A DNA stretch of 64,000 nucleotides, from assembly GCA_036172245.1 (NCBI GenBank), contig JAYWIR010000069.1, positions 310,001 through 374,000 on the forward strand, read 5' to 3'. A model generated the notes under the pieces. The model ran no database searches, was not told the origin of the DNA, and worked only from the letters and a program-made list of their open reading frames with translations. This stretch comes from Raillietiella orientalis (lineage: Eukaryota). The translations under genes were made by a program, and so were the position numbers. Shown one piece after another: positions 10,041-23,026 of this stretch; the first letter of the stretch is position 1, and each line of letters starts with the position of its first letter.

Positions 10041-13007
10041 TCTACTTCATCTCCTGGCTGCGGCACTGGTAGAATCCGTATGTGCCCGTTGAATGGCAAA
10101 GATTACAAAGTCGAATTCCCAAGGTCCTTGCAGGAAACCAACGAGTCTTTCGGGGCTCTCCTCGAGGGGTGGATGGGCGGAAGACTCTCCATCGCGTACT
10201 ACTGAGCTGCTTGGTACCTCTGCAGAGTGTGTCTAGAAGCCCGCTGCTCATTTCGGGATGCGGCCGTTGAAACGATTTTCGACCAGCGGATGAAGTCCCA
10301 CTTTGGCTTCTCCTTTCTGCGATGATCCTGCGGCAGGATGCAGAGGGCGCCTCGCAGGGAGCTAAGCCCCATCCCCGGTGTCACCCCTTCCTTCTCGACG
10401 AGAACTACCCCGTCTGTTCTTTTGCTTTCGGTCCTCCCTTCTTCCCTTTAGCAACCGGTGGGGTCGGTCGGTCCGACTGCACATCGATCAATCAATCATC
10501 GATCAACCTGCGGGGGAACTCGAAACCCACGATGTACCCATTTCCCGGACATCCTTCACCGGGGGGATCCGAACCCGCCACGCCTGGTGTCACACGCAGG
10601 GTCCATCGCTAATGGGGGCCGATAAAGCGAATTTTTTATTTTTATTTTTTTACGATGGGTGTCCCGGAAAAATCGGGTGGAAAACCTCGTTCGGACCCGA
10701 GATGCACCCGGTGGCAGCAGCATCCTCCCGGTTGCCTAGTGCGTCGCCTCGCGCCCGCCTCGCTGCTCGACTTTCGGGCCTGCCCCCGAAGAAGGGTCAG
10801 GCCCTCCAGAAAGCATTGCGGTCCCTCGGGGAGACCTTCCTGCTCGTGCGCGCGGTCCGCGACGAGGCTCTCCAGGACGCGCGCAGGGAGGTGGGCCCAG
10901 GGAGATCTCCCCATCTGCCTCGTGCTCTCGCGACCTTTGGGGTTGTTTGCGCCGGGGTCGCGGGGGACCTCTCAAGCAGGTCTTCCCGGCAGCCATGCCG
11001 GCCGCCCCGTGCTCTCCTTCTCTTCCAGAACGGTCCCAGCAATGGCGCCACCCTGGGGAGTCCTTCGGACGGCGCCCGCCGCTGGCCACCTGCTCTCCAG
11101 GGTTCGGACCGGGGTCCTCGACGCCTGAGGGAGGTCCGAAGGGAACGCGCGTGCCCGTGATCCACGCTGCTATGTAAAATCCACATACGTCAACGTGCAT
11201 CATGAAGACCACCAAAGTCAACGTGCGTGCTCATTATGCGTGCAAACACCTGCATTCACATGAAGAATAGCGCACCAATTTATTTTAACACACGTATTTG
11301 TTAATATGAATAAACACACATACTATCAATCAAATGAATAGTATGCTTGCCATCATATACATGTATGCATGGAATAATACATAGATAAATGTATACTACA
11401 AAGATTATAAAGAATGCATATTTTACTGCATGTACGAAAATGCACATTGACCTATAAACTACCGTACACATGAATCTCCAAATTTACTTCAATGCATATG
11501 GGTGTAATGGAATGAGCATCTGCATCGATGTGTGTTATTAATACAGAGAGAGAAGATCACAAGATATACACATTTCAAAAGTATGTTTATATGTTTATAA
11601 ATATGCAAGCAGAATTATCTGTATAGACATATTTCCAGAAATATATACGTAGATGCACGCACATTTCTCACCATCGATTTGTATATACATACATTTTTAC
11701 TGATTGTCATATATTTATATGTGTGTGCAGGTAATTCCATATGCATATACATTCATACAGAAATGCATATGAGATGTTTCCACTTTGTAATGTTCACTGT
11801 GTATTTTAATAATATTTTCATGGAGATCTATAGATCATATATTCATGTCATATTCATGTGCACATATATGTGAATATCAATATGGATATGTTTACTGTAT
11901 ACATCACTCTTTATACATTACAAGCAAACTCTCAACTCCTACTATATAACCCCCTATATACATTCATCTTGTAATTAATCTTCAATAAATAATAAATCCA
12001 TATTCTGACAAAAACAAGCAAACAAATAACCTACATTAGAATCAGATGCAAATTCAGACTCACTTTCCAAGAAATCATATGGCAAACGATTAATTTCCAC
12101 CAAACACACAATAAGTCATACAACTAATCCTCCTAACCCACAAAACATTAACATCTTCTCACTTGCAATTTCAATGCACTCATTAATACAACAGTCATAC
12201 ATACTTCAGATACTTGGAGTATGTTTGGAAATTATATATATATTTATAGATTGTGTTCATATATTTGCCATTCATATATATTTATTTGGAGATTGCATTT
12301 GTTGATTGTGTTCCTATTTGTACATTATACTTGTAGACTATATTCATAATTATGCATTATATTTAAATTTATATTATGTGTATATATTTATGGATTACAT
12401 AATTTGTGGGTCATATTCATATTTATACATTGCAGATTTATATACATAACAAATAAGCACATGCAACGTATCATGCATAATTATACATATTTACAGATTG
12501 TATGTATGTTTATGGATTATGTACATATGTATAATGAGCATGTGCATATTCATATTCACAGGAATGCGTGCATATATATAATTTATGAATATGTGTATGA
12601 ATACTTATGTATAAAAACATATATTTGAAAATATGAATACATACATGCATCTGCTTATATAAATATGAAAAGCTTAAGAGATGTTTATGCTTTGTAATCT
12701 TCACTATGTATGCTACTAATATATACATGAATACTGATGGATTATATGCCTATATAAGAATTAAAAATGCATATGCTCAGCAAGTAATAAAATAATGTTC
12801 GTCTGTATAATAGATTATGTATGTATCTGCATGTGTATCAATCTGTATATATATATAATCCATAAAAATATACAATATATGAATGTTGATGTTTGTAATC
12901 AGCATTTATATTTATTCATTGTAATCTTCAGGATATAATTGATGTATATATATGTATATATATGAATCTGTACATGGTAACTTATATACATTGATGTACA
13001 CATTTAT
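9852..13007 (+). repeat. Direct segmental duplication (~3.15 kb), partner 36187-39342
   Basis: Near-identical by eye, including the whole AT-rich island; several identical ORF translations. Confidence 0.97.
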
Positions 13008-13100
13008 ACAAATAAAAATGTCAATGTACATAAGCGGGATGCGCATTTGTTTTTTGTAACCGTTGATACACATATATAATCAACAACAACTTGTTAATTA
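11200..13100. repeat. AT-rich, CpG-poor low-complexity island (TA/TG/CA alternation), copy 1
   Basis: Composition visibly shifts from GC-rich flanks; duplicated at ~37540-39342. Confidence 0.85.
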
Positions 13101-13188
13101 TCTTAGCAAAAGGCATGGTGATAAATCTGAAGAACTTCGTATATTAAAGTGAATTCATGCACTGACCTACGTAGAATAGGTTCTAAGC

Positions 13189-13823
13189 GGGTCACGCCAA
13201 GACGTTTATGTTAAAAAGAACAAACGACAGGTTAAAGGGGAAAGGTATCCCCTCAAAAGACAAGAAATGCAAAAAAAAAAAAAGTTCATCCGGGATGACC
13301 ACTGGCACGAAGACCTGTGTCCAATAAGTAGGGAACGGAGGGAGGGGGCAGTAGATAAATAAACAAAGACGGGAGTGTGGGGGCAGGGGTCTTTGGTTGA
13401 AGACGCTCTTTTGTTTTCAAGAGGGACTCTGGACGGAGGCGATCTCCCTGGCGACTTCTGGCAGGTGAGGTCAGCTTGACGCTGTCACTATGCAGCTGAT
13501 GCAGCGGACTGCTGCGATCACAGCGCCCGTCTTCAGTCCACCTCTGGTGAAGAAGCGTCGCAGGAATTCCAAAGAGGAGTGCTCTGGTTGTGGAAGCGCC
13601 GAAGGGAGCCTCCGCCACGTGTCCTCCAGGCCACTGCAGTCCAACAGGAGGTGCGGAAGCGATTCCACCGCCCTGCACCTAACACAGCTTGGGGAGGCAA
13701 CTCCCCCGTCGCCAACGGCGTCTGCGCTGATTGCACTGGAAACGCCAGTGCAAGAAAAGCAGATCAGCGTAGCGGGAACACGGAGGCAAAGGTGAGGAGC
13801 CACGAGTTCTTCAAGAGGGGCAC
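13189..13823 (-). mobile_element. 5'-truncated LINE 3' fragment with probable TSD
   Basis: CVRCRAVESLPHLLLDC; TCTAAGC(G/A)GGTCA at 13182-13194 and 13824-13836. Confidence 0.8.
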
Positions 13824-14159
13824 TCTAAGCAGGTCATTTCACCGAAGGAGTTCCTTCGCCCGGAAACGAAGAGTACTGGCGTTCACCAGCTCGTTCGTCT
13901 TGCAGTCGACCAGGAGTTTTTGCACTCAGATGTGTTTCGATGTGAATTGGTTCGGAGTTATTGAAAATGTGTACAAAATATTGACATTCATGTTTTGTAA
14001 TTATGAATACAAGTACGGCGGGCCGGCCAGAGAGCTGTCGCCACCGAAGCGGGCCCTCGGCCTGAAGCCACGGGATGGCGCCGTGGACCAGCTCGGAGCG
14101 TAGTGATTCTTCCACTCTTCCGGGTGAACACTGTCGTTGCTTGCCTTGAGGGCAGGTTA

Positions 14160-14760
14160 TACCCGGTGACACCTGGACATTTATTTAAAAATGAAAGATG
14201 CAGCACAAGTTGGAGGGTAACGGTGCCCCCTGAATACCAAAGATGTCCCCTCAACCCCAAAAGATCATTGGAAGTGGCCACTGGCACGCAGGAGGACCTC
14301 TATAAAAGCAGGAAATGGAGGAGGCAGTTTCATTCTTTACTTGCTTTCTAGAACCGGCTCTGGGTGGTGGCGATGACCACTGCAGCCGGACTCATGAAGG
14401 CAGCTGCCATACTACTGACCTCTCTTCACTGCCAATGAGCCTCCAATGCATGGACTGTCACAGAGACGACGGATCGCTGCGACTACAGTGGCCGTCTGCA
14501 GCCCACCTTGTGAGTGAAGAAGCGCCGCGGCATGCCCGGCATGCCCGGAGCGGAGAGTAGAGGGATCCAGCGGTCGACGGAGCGCCAAAGCTGGTCCCCT
14601 CCACATGCCCTCCAGGGAACTGTAGTATAAAGGGAGGTGCTGGAACGATTCCACTGCCTCGCACCCGGAACAGTTCGGGGGGGAGGCGACTGCCCCGGAA
14701 ACCGGCCACCTGCGCCAGTTGCACAGGAATCCTCTCAGTACGGAAACAGCAGGGCATCCC
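14160..14760 (-). mobile_element. Degenerate LINE 3' fragment
   Basis: NCSGCEAVESFQHL; terminal AATAAATGTCCAGGTGTCACCGGGTA. Confidence 0.75.
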
Positions 14761-14783
14761 GTTTGGAGAGTAGAGCGTCGCAA

Positions 14784-14895
14784 AGGGTTGCCAAGCGATT
14801 TATCTAAAGTAGACGGGCGAGATTTCGTAGTGAGTTACGTGCCGGTTCAAAATCAACATTGACCAGCTCTCCCTGGGGACAGAACGAGGAAGAGA
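14784..14895. repeat. Inverted duplication, partner 42218-42329
   Basis: Reverse-complement match with about 2 mismatches seen. Confidence 0.9.
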
Positions 14896-14899
14896 ACCC

Positions 14900-15947
14900 T
14901 TCGGGAACGCTCTTGGCCTACTCCAAAAGGCAAAATAAGGGATCTCCTTTTCTGGTTCGTTGCATCGATCTCATTTTGCCGTGCTCTTCGTCGCAAATGC
15001 TGTCCGGGCTGTTGAGCCAATTTTGCAAAGCACAACTGGAGCTGTGGGATGGAACAGCGTTGGGATACGGCGCCCGATGCGACGCTCATCAGATCCCATG
15101 AAAGGTTCCGGTTGCTATGGACAGCAGCACGGTGGCCATCTCTGACTGCTCGCGCATTTGAAGACTCCCTCTGGGATTCTGTCCTTCGTCAGATCTGCGA
15201 CGTCGCAAAGTTGCTTCTCCAGATCGCAAAGTCAAAAGCACACTTCGTTCGTCACTTATTTATTTTTTTATCAATACCAGGGTCCTTCAATGCTGCCGTG
15301 AATGAGTGGCAGCGGAGTCCTTTTCGAGTTTCCTAGGAAGCATTTCTGACGTAGAGATTCGTTCTTCTCCCTCACCCCGTGTGCCCTCCACGGTCAGAAC
15401 GAACGTCTTGTTCGCTGCAGCAGCCTTGCTTGGAGGCAGTTGAGAATCACTCACACAACACCCATCATTGGTTCTCAAGCACACGAGCTGAATCTTGAGC
15501 AAGCAGCTCAACAAGAAACCACCCACTCCATCGCGAAGCTAAGGACCTACTGAATGGCGACCTACGTTCTAGGATATAATCTGGAACGAAAACTGAAATA
15601 GTGAACGACGGTGGCTATGCTACTTGTCTTTGTGTTACACACGCTGCAGTCCGTACCACTAATCTCAGCCCGCCAAAGAGCAGCCATCTGTCTAACCTCC
15701 TTCCCAATCTTCACACCTGCCTGTAACAAATCCCACGCTTCTCGGAGCAGCTACCATAAACAACACAGGAGAAGCCACCTGAACCACAGAGCCGCAGGTT
15801 TTTATTTTTCATGCATTTGGTGTCCCTCCTCTTCGCTTCAAGCCGTTTGCAAGCCGCGTCAGCCTCTTCACCTCCAACGTCGTAGGATACACCCCCCACA
15901 TCAGCGCCTCCTCCCTACTCCCTCTTTCCCCCAAATAGCCCCTACTT
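14900..15947. repeat. Inverted duplication (~1.05 kb), partner 40037-41084
   Basis: Identical ORF translations on opposite strands (15611-15949 plus vs 40035-40373 minus). Confidence 0.97.
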
Positions 15948-18087
15948 GAGCATTTTTTAAATGTGTACATCAATGTATATAAGTGACGATGTACAGATCG
16001 ATATATAAATCAATTACATGGTGAAGATTATAATGAATAAATGTAATGTGTTTCGCTGTTCCCTCGCATGCGCCCACCGCGGCATGCCCGAAGTCTCCGG
16101 GACGCCACGCTCAAGGGACTCGGGCGCGAAACAGCCAGAAAGGGCCAGCGGGACAGACCCTGACCTGTCACTCGGCCGCCGCCGAGGATGCAGGCGTCAT
16201 CCGGGAATGAAGGCTCCGGCTTCTTCAGGGCAGCAGCGGCTCGGAAACTTTGGAGGAAGATAGCTCCGAGAGTGGTTGGAGGAGGCGCCGACGGAAATCC
16301 CGAAAGGTCACGAGAGGTCTTACGCGTCACGCTGGCGAACACGCAGACTGGCTTTTCGCACGCATCCTCTTTCAGGTGCTCTGACGTGAGTATTACCAAC
16401 ATTTGAGACAGATTTCAGGGGCATTCACTCTAGTAACACAGTTGGTAAACAACGTTGGCCTATTTTTCGAAGAGGGATTCAGAATCCAACACGCAGTAAG
16501 TAACCAACTTTTATCGAGCTGCCCATGTATATTATTATTATTACGACTCAAATATGGATGACATAGCAACCAGCTGCTGATGCCCCCTTGTCGTGTGGGT
16601 GGATTCGTTCAGCATCGGTCTACTGGAACCCATCCAGCCACTGAAAGTGGCACGAAACACGACGAGCCATGCTGATCCACTGCAAAGCTCTTCAGTCATT
16701 CTGGACACCCCAACGTTGGCCGACGAGCCTCGAAACAAAATCTTCCTGAGAAAAAGGTTGCAGCGGATGTCAGGCAGTTTACGACGACTTGGCGAAGGAC
16801 GAGCTGCTGAAGAATTCATCCAGAAAGACGCGGGCCAGCGATGCACACGAAGGAATAACGGAATCACATTGCAGATCCTGGAATGACGTGTTCTGGCTCT
16901 CTTGAAATATCATCTTTTCGGTATCTTCACGACTCGTTCCGGTTTTTTCTGGTGAGTACCTTTCGGCGCAGCGGCAGACTCGGTTGGCGCGGTCCTCATC
17001 CCGTACAAAAAAAATCCACGTGGAACGGACAATCCGCGTGGATGGAGGGATGGGTGGACCGCTCGTATGTGTGTTAAAGACCATATAAATGCATGTGATT
17101 CTTATATACGTTCCTACGTATACTTATGCAAAGACCGATACATGGATTCACGTATGTTTCGCAGATTGACATCAGCAAAACACATGCGTTCACGCACATG
17201 CGTGTATGTACACTTTCCACAAAGACGGATACGTGGGTTCCCATATGCGGTGGAGATTTATTCCACTGAATCTTAATGAATGTACCCGTTGCTAAGATAC
17301 GAGTGCTGATAATACACACTTTTGGACAAGCTGTGGACATTAAAACATGGATCCGTGTGGAATGAGCAGATACGTGTTTATCCTGATGATCTTCCGGGAT
17401 TTCGAGGCAGAGACGCCGAAGGATGCTGGGAAGGGAGCTGTCCTTGGCTGTAGGCGTAGGTGGGTGGCGGGAATGCGGCGTGAAGGCGGAAGAAGGGGAG
17501 GGAGGGTGCGGCGGGGGAGTCCTGGGAGCGTTCGCTCGGGGATGGACGCTGCAGGCGAACCAGGGATCCCGGCGGGCGGGATGGGAGGAAACTCTCCCTG
17601 TAGTAGGAGAGGTGGGCGTGCACCCTGCGAAGGAGAGAGCTGTTCACCTCCCGTTCACCATGAAGTTGGGGCGGAGAGCCCCTTGCGATGATGAATGAGA
17701 GGGCGGGATAAGGAGAGTGTATACATATATACACGTATGAATATATTACGTATGAATACATATATAAACACGCATGTGTATTATATATGTATTCATACGT
17801 AATTTTCTAAAGATATGTGTAATATATGCAAGTTTCGTATATATATTAAATATACACGAAATGAACATGTCAACATCGAATTTTTTAAAAAATAGTGATA
17901 AATCAAAAAATAATGAGGAAAAGAGATCAAAAAGCAAACAAATTAAGAAAGAAAATTTGATAATAAATCTTCCCATCGTTTGCAAGAGACCATGGATGGC
18001 ACAGGAAAATATAGCACATGACCAGCTGCATAAGAGGAACCGATTGTGGACAATTTGCAAGGGGTCAGCCTGAATAGTTTTCCAATC

Positions 18088-18352
18088 ACCTCACGGAGGT
18101 GCGTTCCTCGCCAGACGCTCCACGTGACATTCCCTCATCCTTTCCGCCTCACTGTCTCCCTTCAGCAACCAGGAAGCATACTTTTAAAACATCTTCTCTT
18201 TTCCTGAATTCAGCACTGATTCACAAAGTGCTTCAGATTTACCACCATGCATTTTGCTAAGATAATTAACGGTTGTTGATTATATGCATCAAAGGTTGTT
18301 TTTTATATAACCTTTGATACAAGTGGTCCTTTTGATAACAAGTGTGCATCCC
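18088..18352. repeat. Inverted duplication, partner 39361-39625; more diverged third copy ~13037-13160
   Basis: Shared GGGATGCACACTTG...TTAATTATCTTAGCAAAATGCATGGTGGTAAA. Confidence 0.88.
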
Positions 18353-18899
18353 GATTATATACATTTGTGTAAATGTGTACATCAGAGTGTACATGTTATC
18401 ATCATAGTAACAGATCTTTCGAATTGTAATCGAATTATAATACAGCATTCAGTATGCCGAGCTAAGAAGAATAAGCAAGACATGGAACCCTGCTAACCTC
18501 AGAAGTGCAATGTTCTTTACATAAGGTGTCCACAAGGTTCCAGATGCCGACTTTTGGCGAGAGCCTCTCACTAAAACGAGCCGAGATCTCTGTCTTTGAG
18601 AGAGGAATCAAAAGTAGCTTGAGAACCTCCATGACATTACAGCGCAGTCCAATAGGTACCCCAGGAGATAAATCTCTTCCACTTTCTTGCCATTGTAGAA
18701 ACAACCCGTCTCGAAGAATCATTTGAAGGATCACACCCAGATCTCACCGAGCATTCTGGGAGCAGCCAGGATGGAACCCGGGATACAATATTCGCTTTTT
18801 CTTTTGGTGGATTGGAAGTGGTGGATTGTGCCAGAAAAAAAAAAAATGTCCACCTAGTCCCGATACCAAACGCTCCCGCCATAGCAATGCATGGCTGAG

Positions 18900-19650
18900 A
18901 AAAATGCAGCTTCTGTCGAGCAACACCACACTCAAATTACGTCAAACCCACAAGACAACGGCCAAGTAGCTCTACATGACCTCTACCTGCTTCCGGCTCT
19001 ACATGCATCCCGAAGAGGCCGAGGCTGGCCATATGTACGACAGGGAACGAACCCTCGCACAGAAATAAATGTACCCATACTGTATTGCAGGTTTAGAAGC
19101 CCCTGCATTATTCTCAATTGGACGGACAAAGAGAAAGACGTTGGTCCTACGCACAGACGCCCCAAGCGAAGCCTCCTTCAATAGGTGACGGCATTAATGA
19201 TGAAGTCTTGAAAATAAAAAATTCAGCTAAAAAAAGAGTCTTGCAATTGAAGAACAAGCTAAACTCCTTTCGAAAAAAAATTATGAATGCCCTGGTACTC
19301 GTACGGGGATGCAGCATTGCGGAGCAGCTGCAGGACTGGCAAGCTCTTCCGGGACTCAGAAAAACAAGGATTTCGAGCAACCGCCATGATGCTCTCCTTG
19401 GGAAAGACCTCATGGGGATCGAACACCCTGAGATACTCCATGCTCACAACTGTCCAGTTCTGGATTCTGAGGCGGTCCTCGTGGACCAAGCAAAAGGTGG
19501 GCCGGACTTACGCCCTGATTATACAGGGAAATCGGGAAACAAAACTTATGTACTGTGGAAAAATCCTAAGAAGAAGAAAACTTTTGGACCAGTTTTCGGC
19601 CCAAGTTTTTTCGGTGTGGACATTTCCACAGTAGGGAAACATTTGTGCTG
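18900..19650 (+). mobile_element. Very old LINE endonuclease/linker relic
   Basis: Weak motif resemblance only (LHDLYLL..., KKIMNALVLVR). Confidence 0.3.
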
Positions 19651-22444
19651 ATCATACGAATTGCGATGCAACATGGATGCGACACGAAGAATGGCGACCG
19701 TACTACGGCGACCTATTGCATTCCAAAATAGGGAAAACAGGAAATGAGGCGCCGAGGCTAATTGATGTCAAAGAGAAAGCAAAGAGACCTAACAGCTGCT
19801 TAAGCAGAAATCATGAATATCACGAACGTCCCCAATCGTCTTCCCATGATTTACACTGCAGCTTCCACTTACGTACAGCGTGAGTTCTCACGTGTTCCCA
19901 TTTTGCACGTGAGATGCGAAGCAAGAAGCCACACCCAATCCTACCAGAGACGGTCGCATAATTCGAAATGAAAGAGTAAACAGCGCTGGGAATTCCCCAC
20001 AGTGTTGCAAATTCTAATCTGTAGCACCGGACACCTACATTGAGCTGAACACCTGGATTACAACTGGATTTCCTGCAAGTCTGAGGTCCCAGCAGGCATT
20101 TTACAATTTCAGTAGCAGTAATGCTGCAGTTTTGTAACCATGGAAAACATCCAGTCCCTTAAAAAAGGGAGCCATTCTTAAAGAAGGCGCTTCCTCAATA
20201 CCACTCCTCGTGTCATGGCTGTATTATCAATGAAGTGGATGAAGCAAAACATAGAAATGTACAGCTGCCAAATGAGGCAGGGCAGAAGACATTCTGTACA
20301 CATGCTTATCCCAGTTGCTCTTTCAAGCCTTCGACGCTCCAGAATATTACAAATAAATAGGCATTACAATATGCCGTTGAATTCCAAGAACCCCGTTAAG
20401 TCCTGGAGCCGGGATCTCCCTCCCGATCCCGGAAAGCGCCACATCAACTTGCTTAGCGTCGCAGATCATTGAAGTTTCCCCCTGTATCAATGAGGCTTCT
20501 TCCATCTCCTTCCCTCGAGAATACAGTTCAGGCTACAAATCCACGCCGAAGAGGGAACTCGAATAAACACAGAGAGACATTCGCAACGTGACGCCCAGCA
20601 TCAAACAGAATTTCCCCGAGATCGCCGCCCGAGCAACAAGAGTGGCTGGAGGCTGCCTGCAGGTGCCATGATTTCCATCGACACGTCAGATTTTCAGAAA
20701 AAGATCGCTGAACCTTTTTACCTGCAGCGGTCACCACAAACTGACACCCACGCACATCCGGAGCACAGAGGGTACTTGCACGGACTCATGGCACCTGCAC
20801 CCGGACTGCTGGAGCCCACCACGCACAGCTGAGCACCCACCTACTACGGTCAGAAGCCAAAAGTCCAAGGCTTTTATAAGTCCTGGATTTCCTGCATCCT
20901 CCGGTCAGGAATGAAGCTTGAGCCCTGGGGCTACTGTTAACACGGCAAAACCCGAAAGTCGTGTGCTACGCACTCCCCGCGGCGCCTCGAGGAATCCCAC
21001 TGCTTCCCCAATTTGCGGCTCGCTGCCGCGTCTCGCCCGCTGCGTAATTCCAGGAGCTGCGAGTTGTGTCGATAAGCTGCCGAAACTCCTCCGTTTGGGC
21101 GGAGTGAAACAAAAGGCAACACTTTCGTGTTCACTGGCGCGAGGAATACGCGAATACGAGGCAGGGAGATAATTTGAATTCAGCTCAACGTCTTTGTCAG
21201 CCACTGAACAGCGATGGGGAGCGGAAAAGGAATTCCGAACACAACTTGAAAGTTGGCCAAGCAGGGAATAGCAGTGCGTTTGGAAGGCGTTTTTCGCAAA
21301 AATCCTCTCCAACGGTTCCCTCCGAGACCACTCAAAGCCCTCTGGAAGGATGGCAGAACACGTTGGGATGCACTGAGTGTCCATCGTGAAGAATTTTAAC
21401 ACGAGAGCAGCTGCGAATCCGCTCCTCCGATATTGGACCGTCGATCACCATTAAGTGGTACTTCCCTGCAGCGTTAATACTCTGAAAGGATTCAGGAAGA
21501 GCCAATTCGCGATTTCCTCCCCACCGTTGCCATGTTGCGTTTAGCATGGGGACGTGATGGCCCCACACCCATGCTGCCCAAAGCGCCATTACCCTGAGAC
21601 TGAAAGGCGGCCAAAACCATCATCATAAAGGAAGCATTTGCAGGAGATGCCCCAAGCAGCCTCCGATGGAAGCGTTCCAGGTGCGCCAACCTCGCCATTT
21701 TGCAGAGAGAGCTTAAAAACGAAATCTGTCCTTCATGCGATTTGCCCCTTTCACCGGGAGCAGCAGCACTTTTGCAGTGCAGCTCGGCAGAAGGCCCTCT
21801 GGCTGTGTGCCGCGTGCAGAAGAACTTACGCAAGAGAAATCAGTGGCCCTCGAAATTCCAAATTGCGGATACCGTGTCTTTGCGTGCTGAAGACTGCGTG
21901 TGTGCGGCCGCGCTGCGTTCGAAACGCGTGAGCTGGCCAGTCCTCGAGGCGACCGCGGTCCACTTCTTGCCAGTTGAAATCTTCACCCAACATCCTGCCT
22001 AGGCAGCGGGAAACACCGCTGCCGTAGCAGCTTTTCGTGCTCCCTGATGGGGCAAGCAGAAAGGCGCAAAGACATCCTGAAGGGGAGTGATGGACCGCTA
22101 GCAGCGGAACATCTCCCCCCAATCGGAATGGAACGTGGAAAGCAATGATGGAGAAAGAACGACCCTCGAAGACCGACACAGCAAGTGCGAGTAAGGCATC
22201 CATCCATCAGGTTTCCATAGGCAACGGCCTTGCCATTCACTTCTCCAGTTCGACAAGTAGTGCGGTGGGTATATCGGTGTCTATTTTCTGTTACACCGTT
22301 CCCACGGAACACCTTCGACAACCATACCCAGCGCGCTGAGGTACACGCTGAAGACCGCACTCCGGGCGACTCTTCTTGTCGCCAGGTCGCCTTCCTGAAG
22401 AAGGATAGCACCCTTCCTCCCTTTCGACGAATAAGGAGTCGAAC

Positions 22445-22588
22445 AGCGTCGAGGGGCGGAAGCACGTCGAAATCCTGATCACACACTTTGAAGAACACTT
22501 CCTGGGAGCAGCCCGGCTTCAGGGACCCTGGGGGAATGACGACGCCCACCCCCGTCTCCGGGAACTCGAGGATGCCTCCCGTGTGATT
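22445..22588 (-). pseudogene. ZU5-domain exon fragment, ZO-1/TJP1 (polychaetoid)-like; probably disrupted
   Basis: NHTGGILEFPETGVGVVIPPGSLKPGCSQEVFFKVCDQDFDVLPPLD closely resembles the ZO-1 ZU5 N-half (GG.L...ETGVSI.IP.GAI..G..QEIYFKVC.D...LPPLD); possible GT donor at 22444; functional status uncertain. Confidence 0.72.
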
Positions 22589-23026
22589 TCTCACCCGGTC
22601 ACGCCAGGGCGTTTATTCCATATAATCTAAACAAAGAACAATTATATAAAATAAACCAGTTGGGAACCACGCTCCCAACCGACGACAAGACAAGGATGAA
22701 AAGAATTTTCCTAGCATGCAGTCCGGAATAACAGTCTTGGGAACGGGGTGTGGGGACGGGGAAAACAAACAAACAAAAACAATGAATACGGTGCACGGGA
22801 GAAGGGTCTTTGGGATCGCTCTGGAAGGGGATCGCGAGGCACCACGGGGCCACGTTCCAGATTGTGGTGAGGGCAAAGTCCTCGTGGTTGCGGTCCAGGC
22901 TGCTTCCGTGCCCGTTCGCGTCCGCGGACGCGCCGGGGGCGGGGACGCGTATCCACGCGGCGGAGGCCGGGAAGTTCGCCGCCTTGCCGCCGTACCCCCT
23001 GGGCTTGGGGCGTTAGATGGCACCAA
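22589..23026 (-). mobile_element. Short LINE 3' fragment abutting the ZU5 exon
   Basis: Terminal AATAAACGCCCTGGCGTGACCGGGTGAG and T-rich 3' UTR; possible short TSD TGATT (22584-22588 and 23027-23031). Confidence 0.7.

Noticed and set aside
10378..11221. Long overlapping GC-rich ORFs (also 36713-37556) as host genes
   Set aside because: Open in several frames because of high GC; no recognisable domain; probably ORF1 relic
11679..12728. Y/I/H/M-rich ORFs
   Set aside because: Translation artefacts of TA/CA low-complexity DNA
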